DNA of 64,000 nt from Nemertoderma westbladi (GCA_032718475.1 JAUCBJ010001945.1:39434-103433); one strand, 5' to 3'; positions 49,278-61,035 are shown, numbered from the stretch's first letter. The notes: generated from the letters alone by a model not told the origin. Numbers and translations are program-made.

Positions 49278-49990
49278 TATGTGGCGTGTCAAGTAGAAAC
49301 GTATAGTATCCGAAAAATCTATGTTTTTATGGTCCATTCTGGTAGATAATTTTTCGGGCTATCTAGTGGTATTTAACACTTATCTTCTATCATTTTACAT
49401 TTTGGAGTAATTTCACGAAAACTAAAGTGTAATTGCTCATAATTTATTCAAACGACTTCAGAGCTCAAAACGACACCAGACATCCATTCATATTTCTGTC
49501 TGTCGGTCTGTTTGTCTGTCAAACATTAAAAAAGCAGACAAACTAGCTAAAATTCTCGCTATGGCTATTTTCCAGTTTCGTGATCTCTTTTGCGATGTCA
49601 GGTTGCACATTTCACGTAATATAGACTGTCTGTGCGTTTGTCTGTTTGTCCGTCTTTTTGTCAGACTGTCTGTCAAACATTAAAAATGCATACTAACTAA
49701 AATTTTCGCTAAAGGGGTTTTCCAGGTTCGTGATTTCATTTCCAATATCAGTTTTTCACAATTCACGAAATCTATACAACCAGTCCGTCTGCCTGTCTGC
49801 TTGTCCGTAGTTTTTTCTTTGTCAGACTGTCCGTCAAACATTAAGTAAACATACAAACTAACTAAAATTCTCGCTATGGGGGTTTCTCGGGTTCGAATTT
49901 CATTTCTGATGTCAGTTTTCACATTTCACGAAATCTAGACTGTCTGTCCGCCTGTCTGACTGTCCGTCATTTGTCAGTTTGTCTGTCATC
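49278..49990. mobile_element. Partial copy of a (GTCT)n-containing non-autonomous element related to 56352-57262
   Basis: Shared terminus atgtggcgtgtcaagtag; internal blocks are reverse complements of 56640-57250. Confidence 0.65.
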
Positions 49991-51594
49991 AGATAATTTG
50001 CGAACAAATGATTGCATCTACGTAGTTTAAATCAACATTTTCGGATTCCTCGTAAAATGTTGGTCAGAAACTGTCGTTCTAGCCCATTTTCACCATTACA
50101 CTATCACATAATACACCATTTTCGGACAAATCTTCGATTTATCACTCTCAGTGTTTCAAAATTGTTTGGTTTTGGCTATAATTTGGAATACAGATACCTA
50201 AGAAGCTATTCTGCATGACAGGTCATAAAAATTTTATTTTTCGCTATTTAATATTAGTTAATACTAGTTAACAATAAAAAAAACTTGGTTATGCTAAAAA
50301 CCTTAAGGCTTTTACAGTTTTGAATCTAATCACATGAAAGTTTTTTTATATGATAGATCAAAGATGGGCAACATAACTATCAGGCGAAATTTTGTGAAAA
50401 TAATTCTGCACCGCTAGGTGGCGCTGCAAATTTATGCTAATTTTTTAGGTTTGTTATAAATAGTATTAAATTTTATTAACAAAAAATTTCAAAAAGTTGT
50501 CTGATACTTTTATGCAGGGTGGCTATCTAGACACCCACAGGAAGTTTCAGACTAATTACTCAAAAATTGTAGAAGTAGTTAGGGTTTTGAAGTTGACAAT
50601 TTCATAAAAAAAATATTTGGAGATAATCGGCCTTTCATTAGTAATAGTAATTTCAATTGGTCTCCCAAAATGGAAATTGTTATAACTTGAAAACTAAAAG
50701 CACAGCTATTAAATCGCGGTTTTCAGATTTGGAAACAACATTTCATCGTGCATTATAATAGATCACAAAAATAATTTCGATATATTTTGGACCAAAATGG
50801 TGTACCCCCCCCCCTCCCCCCCTTAACTTCCAGAAAAGTTTATTTTCCGCGCACCTAAACACCACAACGTGTATAGCACTAACTGTACGCCAAGGGGCTC
50901 TGGAACACATCGTGGTATCCACCACGTGTATAAGAATCGCAAGTGCCGATATTCGGGGACTCAGTCCCATAAGCTCTATGGTCGGCATCATTTACCATCC
51001 TCTGTTCACTCTCACCAAAAGTGCCCTAAACACTATCCGCACTTCTTGTAGTGCCTTACTGTTGGAAGTTTCACCCAAACCAGGTACCATACGAAAGGTG
51101 CAGTAATTTTATTTCCAATTTCGTCATCACTTTTTTCAAATGGCAGAAAATACATTATGGGTCCTAAAAAGTAATTAATCTGGTAAAAGATGGCTGTTTT
51201 TAAATGTCCGTAAGTACTGTAAAGTATAGGATATATTGTAATTGTTGAGGGAACAGTATTCTACCTACAGCTCTACACCATATACATCTCCAGAAAGATG
51301 AAAGAATTCTGCTCATGATGCAATATGGTCCACATCGATTAATTCACGTTTAAAACGTGAAGCACCTCAATAACTCAGTGTCCGCAGATCTGGCTATATT
51401 GCGCGTCCTTCATGGTTACAATATGGACAGTTTATTTTTAAACACTCCAAAATTGCCCGTTACATGACCGGACATTTTTGTTACATGAAGGACGACCTTT
51501 CAACCCCTCATTTTTATTTTCATGTCTCTAAAAGAGATTGGCAATTACCACCATTGAGTTCGTCTCGAAATCAACTGATATATGGTTTTCCATA

Positions 51595-51881
51595 TGTCGT
51601 AGCTTTAATAATGAATAAACACCATTCTAATATAACCATAGTCTTTATTATTACAAAAGCAGTTTTTATGTATAAAGCAACGGTAATTACTAAGTCTACA
51701 TTACTAAGTGTAATATAGTACAATACAGCAATGTAGTGTGTTACGCTAAGTAGGCTTCCTAGCCTACCGGTACTACACAGCAGTTCAGTATGTTGTTACA
51801 ATACCTAGCCTAATGCATTACAGCAGTATAGTCCAGTACAACATTTTAAATTTCCCTCTATAGTTTATAGTAATCTCCACA
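51595..51881 (-). repeat. Gypsy 3' LTR
   Basis: Two differences from 55909-56195 noticed. Confidence 0.95.
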
Positions 51882-51893
51882 TACTCCCCTCCC
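51882..51893 (-). promoter_or_regulatory. Polypurine tract GGGAGGGGAGTA
   Basis: Immediately upstream of the 3' LTR on the minus strand. Confidence 0.85.
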
Positions 51894-51913
51894 AAATAAA
51901 AGGCATGTACCGT

Positions 51914-54900
51914 CTAAGTTTTGAAATGTTTATAGATTGTCCCTTTGCGGGTAGTAGATGGAGACGACATCCCAACCACTACTGGTGATATGTCCTGGAT
52001 TTGGTCCTGGGTGTTATTCAAATCTGAATCCACCTCTCCAAGAAGGTCATTTTGAAAGTTATGAATTTCCTCTGACCTATCTTCCACAATAGACATTTCT
52101 TCTTGGTCAAATTCATTTCCAGAAATGCTGTTAGACCCACCCAAGATATTACTTTCAGTTTCCTCTCCTATTGGATTATATTGTTGTTGGGGTCCCCTCG
52201 ATAGTTTACGTACATTCACTGTATCAGACCAACCATCCCCATCATTAACACGCACAACGTAGTCAGATAGAATCTCCGTAATAAATACTTTAGCCACCTG
52301 CTGTAGCTTTCCCTTCTTGCAATAAACCATCGATCCCACTTGAATCCAGTTTGGTAGGTTACAGGCATTGAGCTTAACGTTTGTTGGTGCTGGGTTTGGA
52401 GCAATTGTGGATAATCGACTAAAACCCATAAATCTCTCATGTGGTGATGTCCCTGTGACACGGTTCTTCAGAGTACGTATATTGCCTAAAGCATTATCTA
52501 GTTCTGACTCCCACTGCATAATAGTCTTTCCAGCTTCTCTTAATCTCAACTTAATAGCTGACCAAATGATGCCATTATACCTCTCGCATTGGCCATTACC
52601 GGCTGGGTTATATGAAGTTGTTCTTGACTTTCTTGTATTCCATGAGCTTAAGAAATTACGAAATTTATCTGAAATCAGCTGTCTTCCTCTGTCCGAATGT
52701 ATAGATCTACATGGCCCAAACAAGTTGAACAATATGGTTAAGAACCTTTCCATAGTTTCCATTGTCACGTCTGGAACAGCAAAAGCAAAGGGAAACCTGG
52801 AGTATTCATCTACACAAACAAATAAATATTTATTTCGTGTTGCTGATGGTAAGGGACCCTTGAAGTCAATAGAGACTCTTTCCCATGGTGATGTAGACTG
52901 AATCACATTTCCTGGTGTTATTTGGGCAAAGTGAGGTTTTAACTCGCAACACAGCTCACACTCTCGACAGACATCCACACAATCTTGTTTCAGACCATCC
53001 CAACAGTGGTATCTTTTAATAAAATCATTCAAGCGATCAACTCCAGGATGACCTAGTCCTTTATGAACCTCTCTCACTAAAGTCGTATTATTATACTGCC
53101 CATTAGAATTTAAAAGATTCCCATTAAAAGCAGTACATCGACTTAATGCATCAGCAATGACATTTTGCTTTCCAGGGCGATATTGAATATCAAAGTTAAA
53201 CTCTGCAAGTTCTAAATGCCAGCGACACAGTTTATTATTCTTAATTTTGCTTTTGGGGCGTTCATCCATTAAATATGCTACACCTTCTTGGTCTGTGATT
53301 ACTTCAAATTTCCTTCCTACCAGGAAATGACGCAGTTTATCAATACAGTAATGCACTGCAAAAGCCTCTAGCTCAGGCGTGGACCAGTTTTTATCAACAG
53401 CAGTCAACTTGTGTGAAATGAAAGCCACAGGTTGACCATTTTGGGACAAGACACCACCTACAGCCAAACTCGAAGCATCTGTCTCTAGTACTAGGATATC
53501 TGTTGTATTGGGAATCAATAGCATCGCATCTTTCAGTTTGGATTTGAGTTCAACAATGGCTCGGACACCAGCTTCATTTAATGGAAACTTTGGTGAATTG
53601 CAAGTATCAAATAGAGGAATTGCAACAGTTGCAAAGTTTTCTATCCACTTGGAATAATAGACAAACATGCCCAGTAATGTTTCTAGTTCCTTCTTCGTTT
53701 GGGGAACTGCCATTTCCATTAGTCCAGCAAATCGATCAGGGTCAGGACTGATTCTTCCATTTTTAAAGATATGTCCAAGAAATCGCAGTTCGTTTTGTCG
53801 GATCAGACATTTCTCTTTCTTAAATCTGATACACTTCTCTCGAGCACGAGTTAGAAATTCAATCACACGAGAATCATGTTCTTCCTTTGTTTTCCCCCAT
53901 ACCGCCACATCATCTAACAATCCCGCACATCCCTCAATTCCCTCTATAACCGTCATAATTTCTCTTTGGAAAACAGCACTTCCATTTGTTACACCAAAAG
54001 GTAAACGAGTGTATTGATATAGGCGTCCGTTTGCTTCAAAGGCTGTATAAGGCCGTTCATTCTCTACAATGGGTAGCTGATGATAGGCTGAGCGAAGATC
54101 AAACCGTGAATAGAATATACCCTCTCTGATTTTATCCAATAGATCTGGAATGAGTGGTAGTGGGAAAGCATCAACTTCTGTAAACCGGTTTATAGTAGAG
54201 GCATAATCAATACAAACTAGAATCTTATCTCTCTCAGGAACCAACACACACTGAGATCTCCACGGGCTTGTTGATGGTTCAATGACACCTACATTTAAGA
54301 GTTTCTTAACTTCTAATTCAATTATGTGCTGGTCATCTTTGGATCTATAGCGCGATGGCATTCTTACTGGTTTTGTTTTTGGATCCATTCGTATAACGGA
54401 GACTGGTGGAATATTTAAACCAACAATTTTGTCATCAAACAAATCTTTAAATATTTCAAAGAGATCATCGTCAATATGCTTCTCAGAAGCAGAAATGCTA
54501 GACTTAGCAAATCCAGATACTGTTAAATTTCCAAGACTTCCTCCAAACTGTATATGTAGTTCATTAAACTGGTCCAATGCAGAGACACCCATAATTGCTG
54601 GATCAAATAAATTCTTGGCAATAAACAGATTAACCGGAACATAGCGACCATCTATTTCCAAAATCTCTGTAGTTTCTCCAACCAAGGTTAATGGCTTATC
54701 TCCAATATTTTTACAAAGTTCCGAATTCTTCAACCGTTTAAATGAAAGCCCCACTGATTGAGCTGTAGCTTCACTGACTACAGTAATGTCAGACCCTGGA
54801 TCAACTAACCACTGAATGAGCGAGTTATTTAACTTTGACTGTATAAATTTGCGATTACTAGAATATTTTTTGTTATCTTTCTCTTCTAGAGTTGCAACAC

Positions 54901-55303
54901 AATAATTCCCCAGAGTTGCGACATTATAACTCGCTGATTTACCCATTGCAGATCCAGTTTCGGATGTACCCTTCCTTGTTTTACATTCTCTTGCAAAATG
55001 CCCAATTTTCCCACATTTGTAACATTTTTGGTTTTGAGCTCTGCAATCACCCTTATCATGCCAAGTGGTTATTCCACAAAAGAAACACTTCCAATTCTTA
55101 TCCGTTCCTGACCGGGGATTATTATAGCGGGTGCCCGAACTACACACATTCCTTTCTTCAACTTTGATTTCTGATAATGCAGATTGCATTGTCTCTACTA
55201 GAGGAGCAGCAGCCAATTTTCTCGAATACATAGTGTCTGTGCTATGGGAATCAGTGACTGCCTTTAAAGAAGACAATTCAACTTCAGCTGCTGAAAATGC
55301 ATC
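51914..55303 (-). CDS. Gypsy Gag C-terminus and Pol (zinc knuckles, protease, RT, RNase H, integrase)
   Basis: CYKCGKIGHFAREC; LVDPGS; FDLRSAYHQ, LPFG, LLDD; ETDAS; HKGLGH..C..C; IDFKGP, HSDRG, GQCER. Confidence 0.93.
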   Translation of the reverse strand, partial: DAFSAAEVELSSLKAVTDSHSTDTMYSRKLAAAPLVETMQSALSEIKVEERNVCSSGTRYNNPRSGTDKNWKCFFCGITTWHDKGDCRAQNQKCYKCGKIGHFARECKTRKGTSETGSAMGKSASYNVATLGNYCVATLEEKDNKKYSSNRKFIQSKLNNSLIQWLVDPGSDITVVSEATAQSVGLSFKRLKNSELCKNIGDKPLTLVGETTEILEIDGRYVPVNLFIAKNLFDPAIMGVSALDQFNELHIQFGGSLGNLTVSGFAKSSISASEKHIDDDLFEIFKDLFDDKIVGLNIPPVSVIRMDPKTKPVRMPSRYRSKDDQHIIELEVKKLLNVGVIEPSTSPWRSQCVLVPERDKILVCIDYASTINRFTEVDAFPLPLIPDLLDKIREGIFYSRFDLRSAYHQLPIVENERPYTAFEANGRLYQYTRLPFGVTNGSAVFQREIMTVIEGIEGCAGLLDDVAVWGKTKEEHDSRVIEFLTRAREKCIRFKKEKCLIRQNELRFLGHIFKNGRISPDPDRFAGLMEMAVPQTKKELETLLGMFVYYSKWIENFATVAIPLFDTCNSPKFPLNEAGVRAIVELKSKLKDAMLLIPNTTDILVLETDASSLAVGGVLSQNGQPVAFISHKLTAVDKNWSTPELEAFAVHYCIDKLRHFLVGRKFEVITDQEGVAYLMDERPKSKIKNNKLCRWHLELAEFNFDIQYRPGKQNVIADALSRCTAFNGNLLNSNGQYNNTTLVREVHKGLGHPGVDRLNDFIKRYHCWDGLKQDCVDVCRECELCCELKPHFAQITPGNVIQSTSPWERVSIDFKGPLPSATRNKYLFVCVDEYSRFPFAFAVPDVTMETMERFLTILFNLFGPCRSIHSDRGRQLISDKFRNFLSSWNTRKSRTTSYNPAGNGQCERYNGIIWSAIKLRLREAGKTIMQWESELDNALGNIRTLKNRVTGTSPHERFMGFSRLSTIAPNPAPTNVKLNACNLPNWIQVGSMVYCKKGKLQQVAKVFITEILSDYVVRVNDGDGWSDTVNVRKLSRGPQQQYNPIGEETESNILGGSNSISGNEFDQEEMSIVEDRSEEIHNFQNDLLGEVDSDLNNTQDQIQDISPVVVGMSSPSTTRKGTIYKHFKT

Positions 55304-55869
55304 TCAAAACCGAAGCTCTTGGAAGACTTTTCCGCCATTTTAAAAGCGCGAAATACTGCAAGTTTCATGTCATCTAGAAACAATCCCGTACAAAATGCAT
55401 CTCTCAGAGCTTCATTCTCGAAACTCACTGGAAACTGACAAAATGAAATAATCTGTCGCAACTTTGACACAAAATCATCCAAGCTTTCTTTATCTACTTG
55501 TTTTGTTGAGTATAATTTTACCCGTTCACTCAAGGAATTTCGTTCTGCTATAAACTTCTTTGTAAGAAACTCTGCCACTCTTTGAAATTCCGTTTGTCCA
55601 TCTGCTAGGACAGCCCACTGGCTTACTTCATCATAATACTTTGCTGCCTTTGTTCCAGCATATAACAACAAATAATCAACTTTATCATCTTCTGCAACTT
55701 TGGATACCCGAAGATATCGCTTAAATTGGCTTAACCATATTTGGAAATCATCCACCCCTGGATTGAATATCGGAACTACCTGTTGTTTCAATCCACAAGG
55801 CCGATCCCCTCTGAATTCATTATTTCCACCATTACCTAGGGCGGGATCGTTACTCGCTGAATCTGCCAT
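55264..55869 (-). CDS. Gypsy Gag N-terminus, separated from the rest by a 1-nt frameshift near 55304
   Basis: W..QF.RY...Q...ESLDDFVSKLR....C.F...LRD.F motif; alternative frame continues DAFSAAEVELSSLK into Pol. Confidence 0.85.
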   Translation of the reverse strand: MADSASNDPALGNGGNNEFRGDRPCGLKQQVVPIFNPGVDDFQIWLSQFKRYLRVSKVAEDDKVDYLLLYAGTKAAKYYDEVSQWAVLADGQTEFQRVAEFLTKKFIAERNSLSERVKLYSTKQVDKESLDDFVSKLRQIISFCQFPVSFENEALRDAFCTGLFLDDMKLAVFRAFKMAEKSSKSFGFEMHFQQLKLNCLL

Positions 55870-55892
55870 GTTGCAGTGCTCTTCTTAGATTA

Positions 55893-55907
55893 TTATACAT
55901 AAAAACT
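55893..55907 (-). promoter_or_regulatory. Self-complementary primer-binding site AGTTTTTATGTATAA
   Basis: 1 nt from the 5' LTR, no TGG, exact 15-bp inverted match to LTR 55975-55989. Confidence 0.75.
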
Positions 55908-55908
55908 T

Positions 55909-56195
55909 TGTCGTAGCTTTAATAATGAATAAACACCATTCTAATATAACCATAGTCTTTATTATTACAAAAGCAGTTTTTATGTATAAAGCAACGGTAA
56001 TTACTAAGTCTACATTACTAAGTGTAATGTAGTACAATACAGCAATGTAGTGTGTTACGCTAAGTAGGCTTCCTAGCCTACCGGTACTACACAGCAGTTC
56101 AGTATGTTGTTACAATACCTAGCCTAATGCATTACAGCAGTATAGTCCAGTACAACATTTTAAATTTCCCTCTATAGTTTATAGTAATCTACACA
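55909..56195 (-). repeat. Gypsy 5' LTR
   Basis: Repeat of 51595-51881; contains AATAAA on the minus strand. Confidence 0.95.
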
Positions 56196-56351
56196 CCATA
56201 TATCCATGTATTCACTGTATCTTAGAACTTGTTAAAAATCCACCTCGGTTTGGGAATGGTAACTTTTGGTGAGATTGACCCAGCTGGGTTTCTCAGAAAC
56301 ATGTTGGATGTGCTGCCCGATTTTGATGAACTGTAATACCTTTAATTCAAA

Positions 56352-57262
56352 ATATGTGGCGTGTCAAGTAGAAACGTATAGTACCGGTATAAAAAAAAAG
56401 GCGTTCTGAGAAAAACGCATTTAAAGTTTTATGATATGTTTATTTTCCTTCTTGCAGGACCCTATGGGATTGAACGACAGTTTCTGACTCAAAATTTTAC
56501 GAGGAATCCGAAAATTTTGATTTAAACCAGGTAGACACAATCCTTTGTTCGCAAATATCTAATCCAATACCTAAGCAAATATATATTCCCTTATTGTCTC
56601 CATGCTCGGAGTCCCCACAACCCAAATATCTAATGACAGACAGCTTGGTAAAATGACGGACAGTCAGACAGGCGGACATACAGTCTAGATTTCGTGAAAT
56701 GTGAAAACTGACATCAGAAATGAAATCACGAACCCGAGAAACCCCCATAGCGAGAATTTAGTTAGTTTGTATGTTTTCTTAATGTTTGACGGACAGTCTG
56801 ACAAAAAGACGGACAGACAGACAGACTGTATAGATTCCATGAATTGTGAAAACTGATATCGGAAATGAAATCACGAACCCGAAAAACCTCTTTAGCGAGA
56901 ATATATAGTTAGTTAGTATGGTTTTTAATGTTTGAAAGACAGTCTTACAAAAAGACAGACAGACAGACAAACGGACTGACAGTCTATATTACGTGAAATG
57001 CGAAAACTGACATCGGAAATGAAATCACGAACATAAAAAACCTCTAAGGCGAGAATTTTAGTTAGCAGACAGGAATATGAATGGATGTCAGCTGTCGTTT
57101 TGAACTCTGAACTCGTTTTGAAGAAATTATGAGCGATTACCCTTTAGTTTTCGTAAAATTACTCCTAGATAGTCTAGATATACCACTAGGTAGGCCGAAA
57201 AATTCTCTACCAGAATCGACCATAAAAAAATTTCTGATACTATACTTGACACGCCACAAATG
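56352..57262. mobile_element. Non-autonomous element with inverted ends and (GACA)n-containing internal repeats
   Basis: tgtggcgtgtcaagta (56355) / tacttgacacgccaca (57243-57258). Confidence 0.6.
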
Positions 57263-57485
57263 TATAAAATTTGCATAATAAGAGTTAAACATTTCGTTGA
57301 CAATAACATACAGTAATATATTTCTAAAATGTGATGACGAATTATCTTATTAATCCAGACAGAAGGAATTAGCGAGATAAATGATCTGGTAATGTTGAAC
57401 GCTAGAACCATTCTGGAAGTTTTTTGAAATTATGTTATTATATACAGTAATATTACAGTAATAATTGCGGAATAATTTTAAGTCT

Positions 57486-58373
57486 TTATATGATTGGGTT
57501 CTTGGCGCCAATGATGAGAGTTAAAGACGATGCCAAAGTTGCTATAGTAAAGATGTATGCCAATAGGCGATCTACAATGAGAGCTAAGTACCGCCATTCG
57601 CCGAGAACGGATTTCTCTTCGTCCTGCCGTTTCATCACGCCGACCATATAATCGAGATTCTCCGATATAGATACCATTGCCTCGTTAGTCGCCTCGGCGA
57701 TGAGAGCGTTGCTGTTCCGGAAAGCATCGTCTGTGTCCGCGCAGCCATTCCCTTTGTTTCTCGAGTGCTGACGCACGTAGTTCTCGTACACGTGGTCGCT
57801 GGGAGTGGCTGGAGCCTCGAAATAGTTGGACCGCGTATCCGCCGCACTTACTTTCTCCCGATGAAGAAACACCAAGTGCGAAAGATAGTTGAAGAACAGA
57901 TTCTTAACCCACGGCGGGACGCGTTTGGAGGGCGTCCGAGGGTAGTGGATATCCAGTACAATTGTCGTCATAAGCAACGAACATGCGACCAATCCGATTG
58001 TGGTAATAAAGTACTGGCCGATGATTGGTAAACTTGTACTGGTTGGAGGCATCATATCTGCGACTAGTAGAAGGTTGACCGTGAGGGAGAGAAGCACCGT
58101 AATCGCTAGCGTAACCTTCTCTCCGCTCTCACAGGGAAGGAAGAAATCTAGAAGAGTAATTGCTGTGATCATTGCACACGGTATGATTAGGTTAAATTCG
58201 TAGTAGAAAGCCTGGCGTTTTAGGTTGATCATGAAAGTGACAGCTGAGTAATTCTCTGTACCGAAGTAGCTAGTTACTGTCCGTTTCACGGGTATAGCGC
58301 CAAGCTCCCATTCTCCGTTCTTTTGGTAACTGCCATTGTCGCCACCACTGTAATCAGCGGGTATAATGTCCAC
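57486..58373 (-). CDS. Last exon of a nicotinic acetylcholine receptor non-alpha subunit (loop C, M1-M4)
   Basis: NGEW, R..FYY.FNLIIPC, LP.ESGEKVTL.ITVLLSLTV, P.TS.S.P.IG.YF and EW...A...DR motifs; acceptor gttttAG|GTG; upstream exons not found in the window. Confidence 0.9.
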   Translation of the reverse strand: MDIIPADYSGGDNGSYQKNGEWELGAIPVKRTVTSYFGTENYSAVTFMINLKRQAFYYEFNLIIPCAMITAITLLDFFLPCESGEKVTLAITVLLSLTVNLLLVADMMPPTSTSLPIIGQYFITTIGLVACSLLMTTIVLDIHYPRTPSKRVPPWVKNLFFNYLSHLVFLHREKVSAADTRSNYFEAPATPSDHVYENYVRQHSRNKGNGCADTDDAFRNSNALIAEATNEAMVSISENLDYMVGVMKRQDEEKSVLGEWRYLALIVDRLLAYIFTIATLASSLTLIIGAKNPII

Positions 58374-58926
58374 CTAAAACATTAAATTAAATAATTTCAT
58401 CCGAAAGAAAAAAAACACGTTTAAGTGAGAAAACTCTCATTTAAATTTTTAAATGAAATAAACTAATACTATTTTTGCTCATCAATATAATTCCTTTTTA
58501 TCACTTCTTAATACTTGTTAATATTTCCACAAGTGATAGAAAGATTTAGTAGTTTTAGTGCTATAATAGAACAATGGCCGCATAAAATAAAGTCTCGAGG
58601 GAGTGTAATTTATGTGGGTGAAATGAAACGCTTATGGGAGGTGAAATTAAACTCTAGGTTGACATGGTTTTTCAATAGCGATACACCTATAAATTGGTAT
58701 CTCTTATCCCTCGGCTCTCATCTTATCTTTAATATATCGGATCACATTTGAATTCATAATTTATTTTCTCTCTTAATTAATGCTAAGCTGCATTCCTACC
58801 TGGAATGTAACTTACTTGCAATGTGTAAATGAAGATGAACCTCCAGAGAGTTGTACATGTACAGTACAGGTGCCAGGAAGGTTTAAGATGACGCGCCCAC
58901 AAGAATTGGTATATTGTAGTAGGTAG

Positions 58927-60092
58927 CACGAACTTAGTTCCAATCGAGGCTAACTTAGCGAACTTAGTCCAAATGGAAGCGAACTTAGTTCAAATGGAAG
59001 CGAACTTAGTCCAAATGGAAGCGAACTTAGTTCAAATGGAAGCAAACTTAGTCCAAATGGAAGCGAACTTAGTTCCATTGGAAGCGAACTTAGTTCAAAT
59101 GGAAGCGAACATAGTTCCAATGGAAGCCAACTTAGTTCAAATGGAAGCGAACTTAGTTCCAATGGAAGCAAACTTAGTTCAAATGGAAGCGAACTTATTT
59201 CAAATAGAAGGGAACTTAGTTCAAATGGAAGCTAACTTAGTTCAAATGGAAGCTAACTTAGTTCAAATGGAAGCGAACTTAGTTCAAATGGAAGCGAACT
59301 TAGTTCAAATGGAAGCGAACTTAGTTCAAATGGAAGCGAACTTAGTTCAAATGGAAGCTAACTTAGTTCCAATGGAAGCGAACTTAGTTCAAATGGAAGC
59401 GAACTTAGTTCCAATGGAAGCGAACTTTGTTCCAATGGAGCGAACTTAGTTCAAATGGAGGCGAACTTTGTCCAAATGGAAGCGAACTTAGTTCCAATGG
59501 AAGCGAACTTAGTTCCAATGGAAGCGAACTTTGTTCCAATGGAGCGAACTTAGTTCAAATGGAGGCGAACTTTGTCCAAATGGAAGCGAACTTAGTTCCA
59601 ATGGAAGCGAACTTAGTTCCAATGGAAGCGAACTTTGTTCCAATGGAGCGAACATAGTTCAAATGGAGGCGAACTTTGTCCAAATGGAAGCGAACTTAGT
59701 TCCAATGGAAGCGAACTTTGTTCCAATGGAGCGAACTTAGTTCAAATGGAGGCGAACTTTGTCCAAATGGAAGCGAACTTAGTTCCAATGGAAGCGAACT
59801 TAGTTCCAATGGAAGCGAACTTAGTTCCAATGGAAGCGAACTTAGTTCCAATGGAAGCGAACTTTGTTCCAATAGAGCGAACTTAGTTCAAATGGAGGCG
59901 AACTTTGTCCAAATGGAAGCGAACTTAGTTCCAATGGAAGCGAACTTAGTTCCAATGGAAGCGAACTTTGTTCCAATGGAGCGAACTTAGTTCAAATGGA
60001 GGCGAACTTTGTCCAAATGGAAGCGAACTTAGTTCCAATGGAAGCGAACTTAGTTCCAATGGAAGCGAACTTAGTTCAAATGGAAACGAACT
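58927..60092. repeat. 21-bp minisatellite (gaacttagttcaaatggaagc)
   Basis: About 55 units; higher-order blocks in the right half. Confidence 0.95.
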
Positions 60093-60619
60093 AGCCAAAA
60101 TGTCAATTGTCAAATTGAACATACCAAAATTGATTATTCAAGCACCAATATAAATTTTTCAACACCAAAACAAATTATTCGCACCAAAATTAATGACAAA
60201 ACCCCAAAAACAAATACATTTTCCCCCAAAATAATTACAAATTTTCCCAAAACAAATACATTTCCGTCTAAAATAATTACAAATTTTCCCAAAAAAATAC
60301 ATTTTCGCCCAAAATAAAGACTACTGCCGCAATAGGCCTGTATAAATGAATATTTTGAAAAAATACATTTTATTCTTAAATAGTTACTTTTTCGCTCGAA
60401 TATACCCCAAAATCGGGAGAAAAAGTTTCACTTTTTTCCCTAGGGAAATTTTTTTTTTTTTTTTTCAATATTCTCTCGACCCTTTATTAACCTCGCTGAC
60501 GCTCGGTAAATAAAATGCCTCGTGAATAATGAAAAAAAAGTTCTACTTTTTTTTCCCATGTAATAAATAATTATTCCATAAAATATTTGGTGCTGGAATA
60601 ATTTTTTTTGGTTGACAAA

Positions 60620-61035
60620 TAATTGTTTTTGGGGGATGATTAATTGTTTTTGGGGGATGATTAATTGTTTATGGGGGATGAATAATTGTTTTTGGGGAAT
60701 CAATATATTTTTTTGGGGATGAATAATTGTTTTGGTGAATCAATAATTGTTTTTAGGGGAGGAATAATTGTTTTTGGTGAATCAATAATTGTTTTTGGGG
60801 GATGAATAATTGTTTTTGGGGGATGAATAATTGTTTATGGGGGATGATTAATTGTTTTTGGGGGATGATTAATTGTTTATGGGGGATGAATAATTGTTTT
60901 TGGGGAATCAATATATTTTTTTGGGGATGAATAATTGTTTTTGGGGGATGAATAATTGTTTTTGGGGGATGAGTACTTGTTTTTGGGGGATGAATAATTG
61001 TTTTTGGGGGATAATAATTGTTTTTGGGGATGAAT
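60620..61035. repeat. 21-bp minisatellite (gggggatgaataattgttttt)
   Basis: About 19 units. Confidence 0.9.

Larger units (their letters stand above)
51595..56195 (-). mobile_element. Ty3/Gypsy LTR retrotransposon (no chromodomain seen), full length
   Basis: 287-bp LTRs TGT...ACA; 5-bp TSD CCATA (51590-51594 and 56196-56200); PR-RT-RH-IN domain order. Confidence 0.95.

Noticed and set aside
50743-51420. GC-richer stretch that might be a degenerate coding remnant
   Set aside because: No recognisable motif in the frames I translated
51590-51594. Both LTR TSDs start CCAT (CCATG, CCATA), suggesting shared targeting
   Set aside because: Two cases, different integrase families and opposite orientations; likely chance
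58950-60153. MEANLVQ repeat ORFs
   Set aside because: 21-bp minisatellite with frame-breaking units
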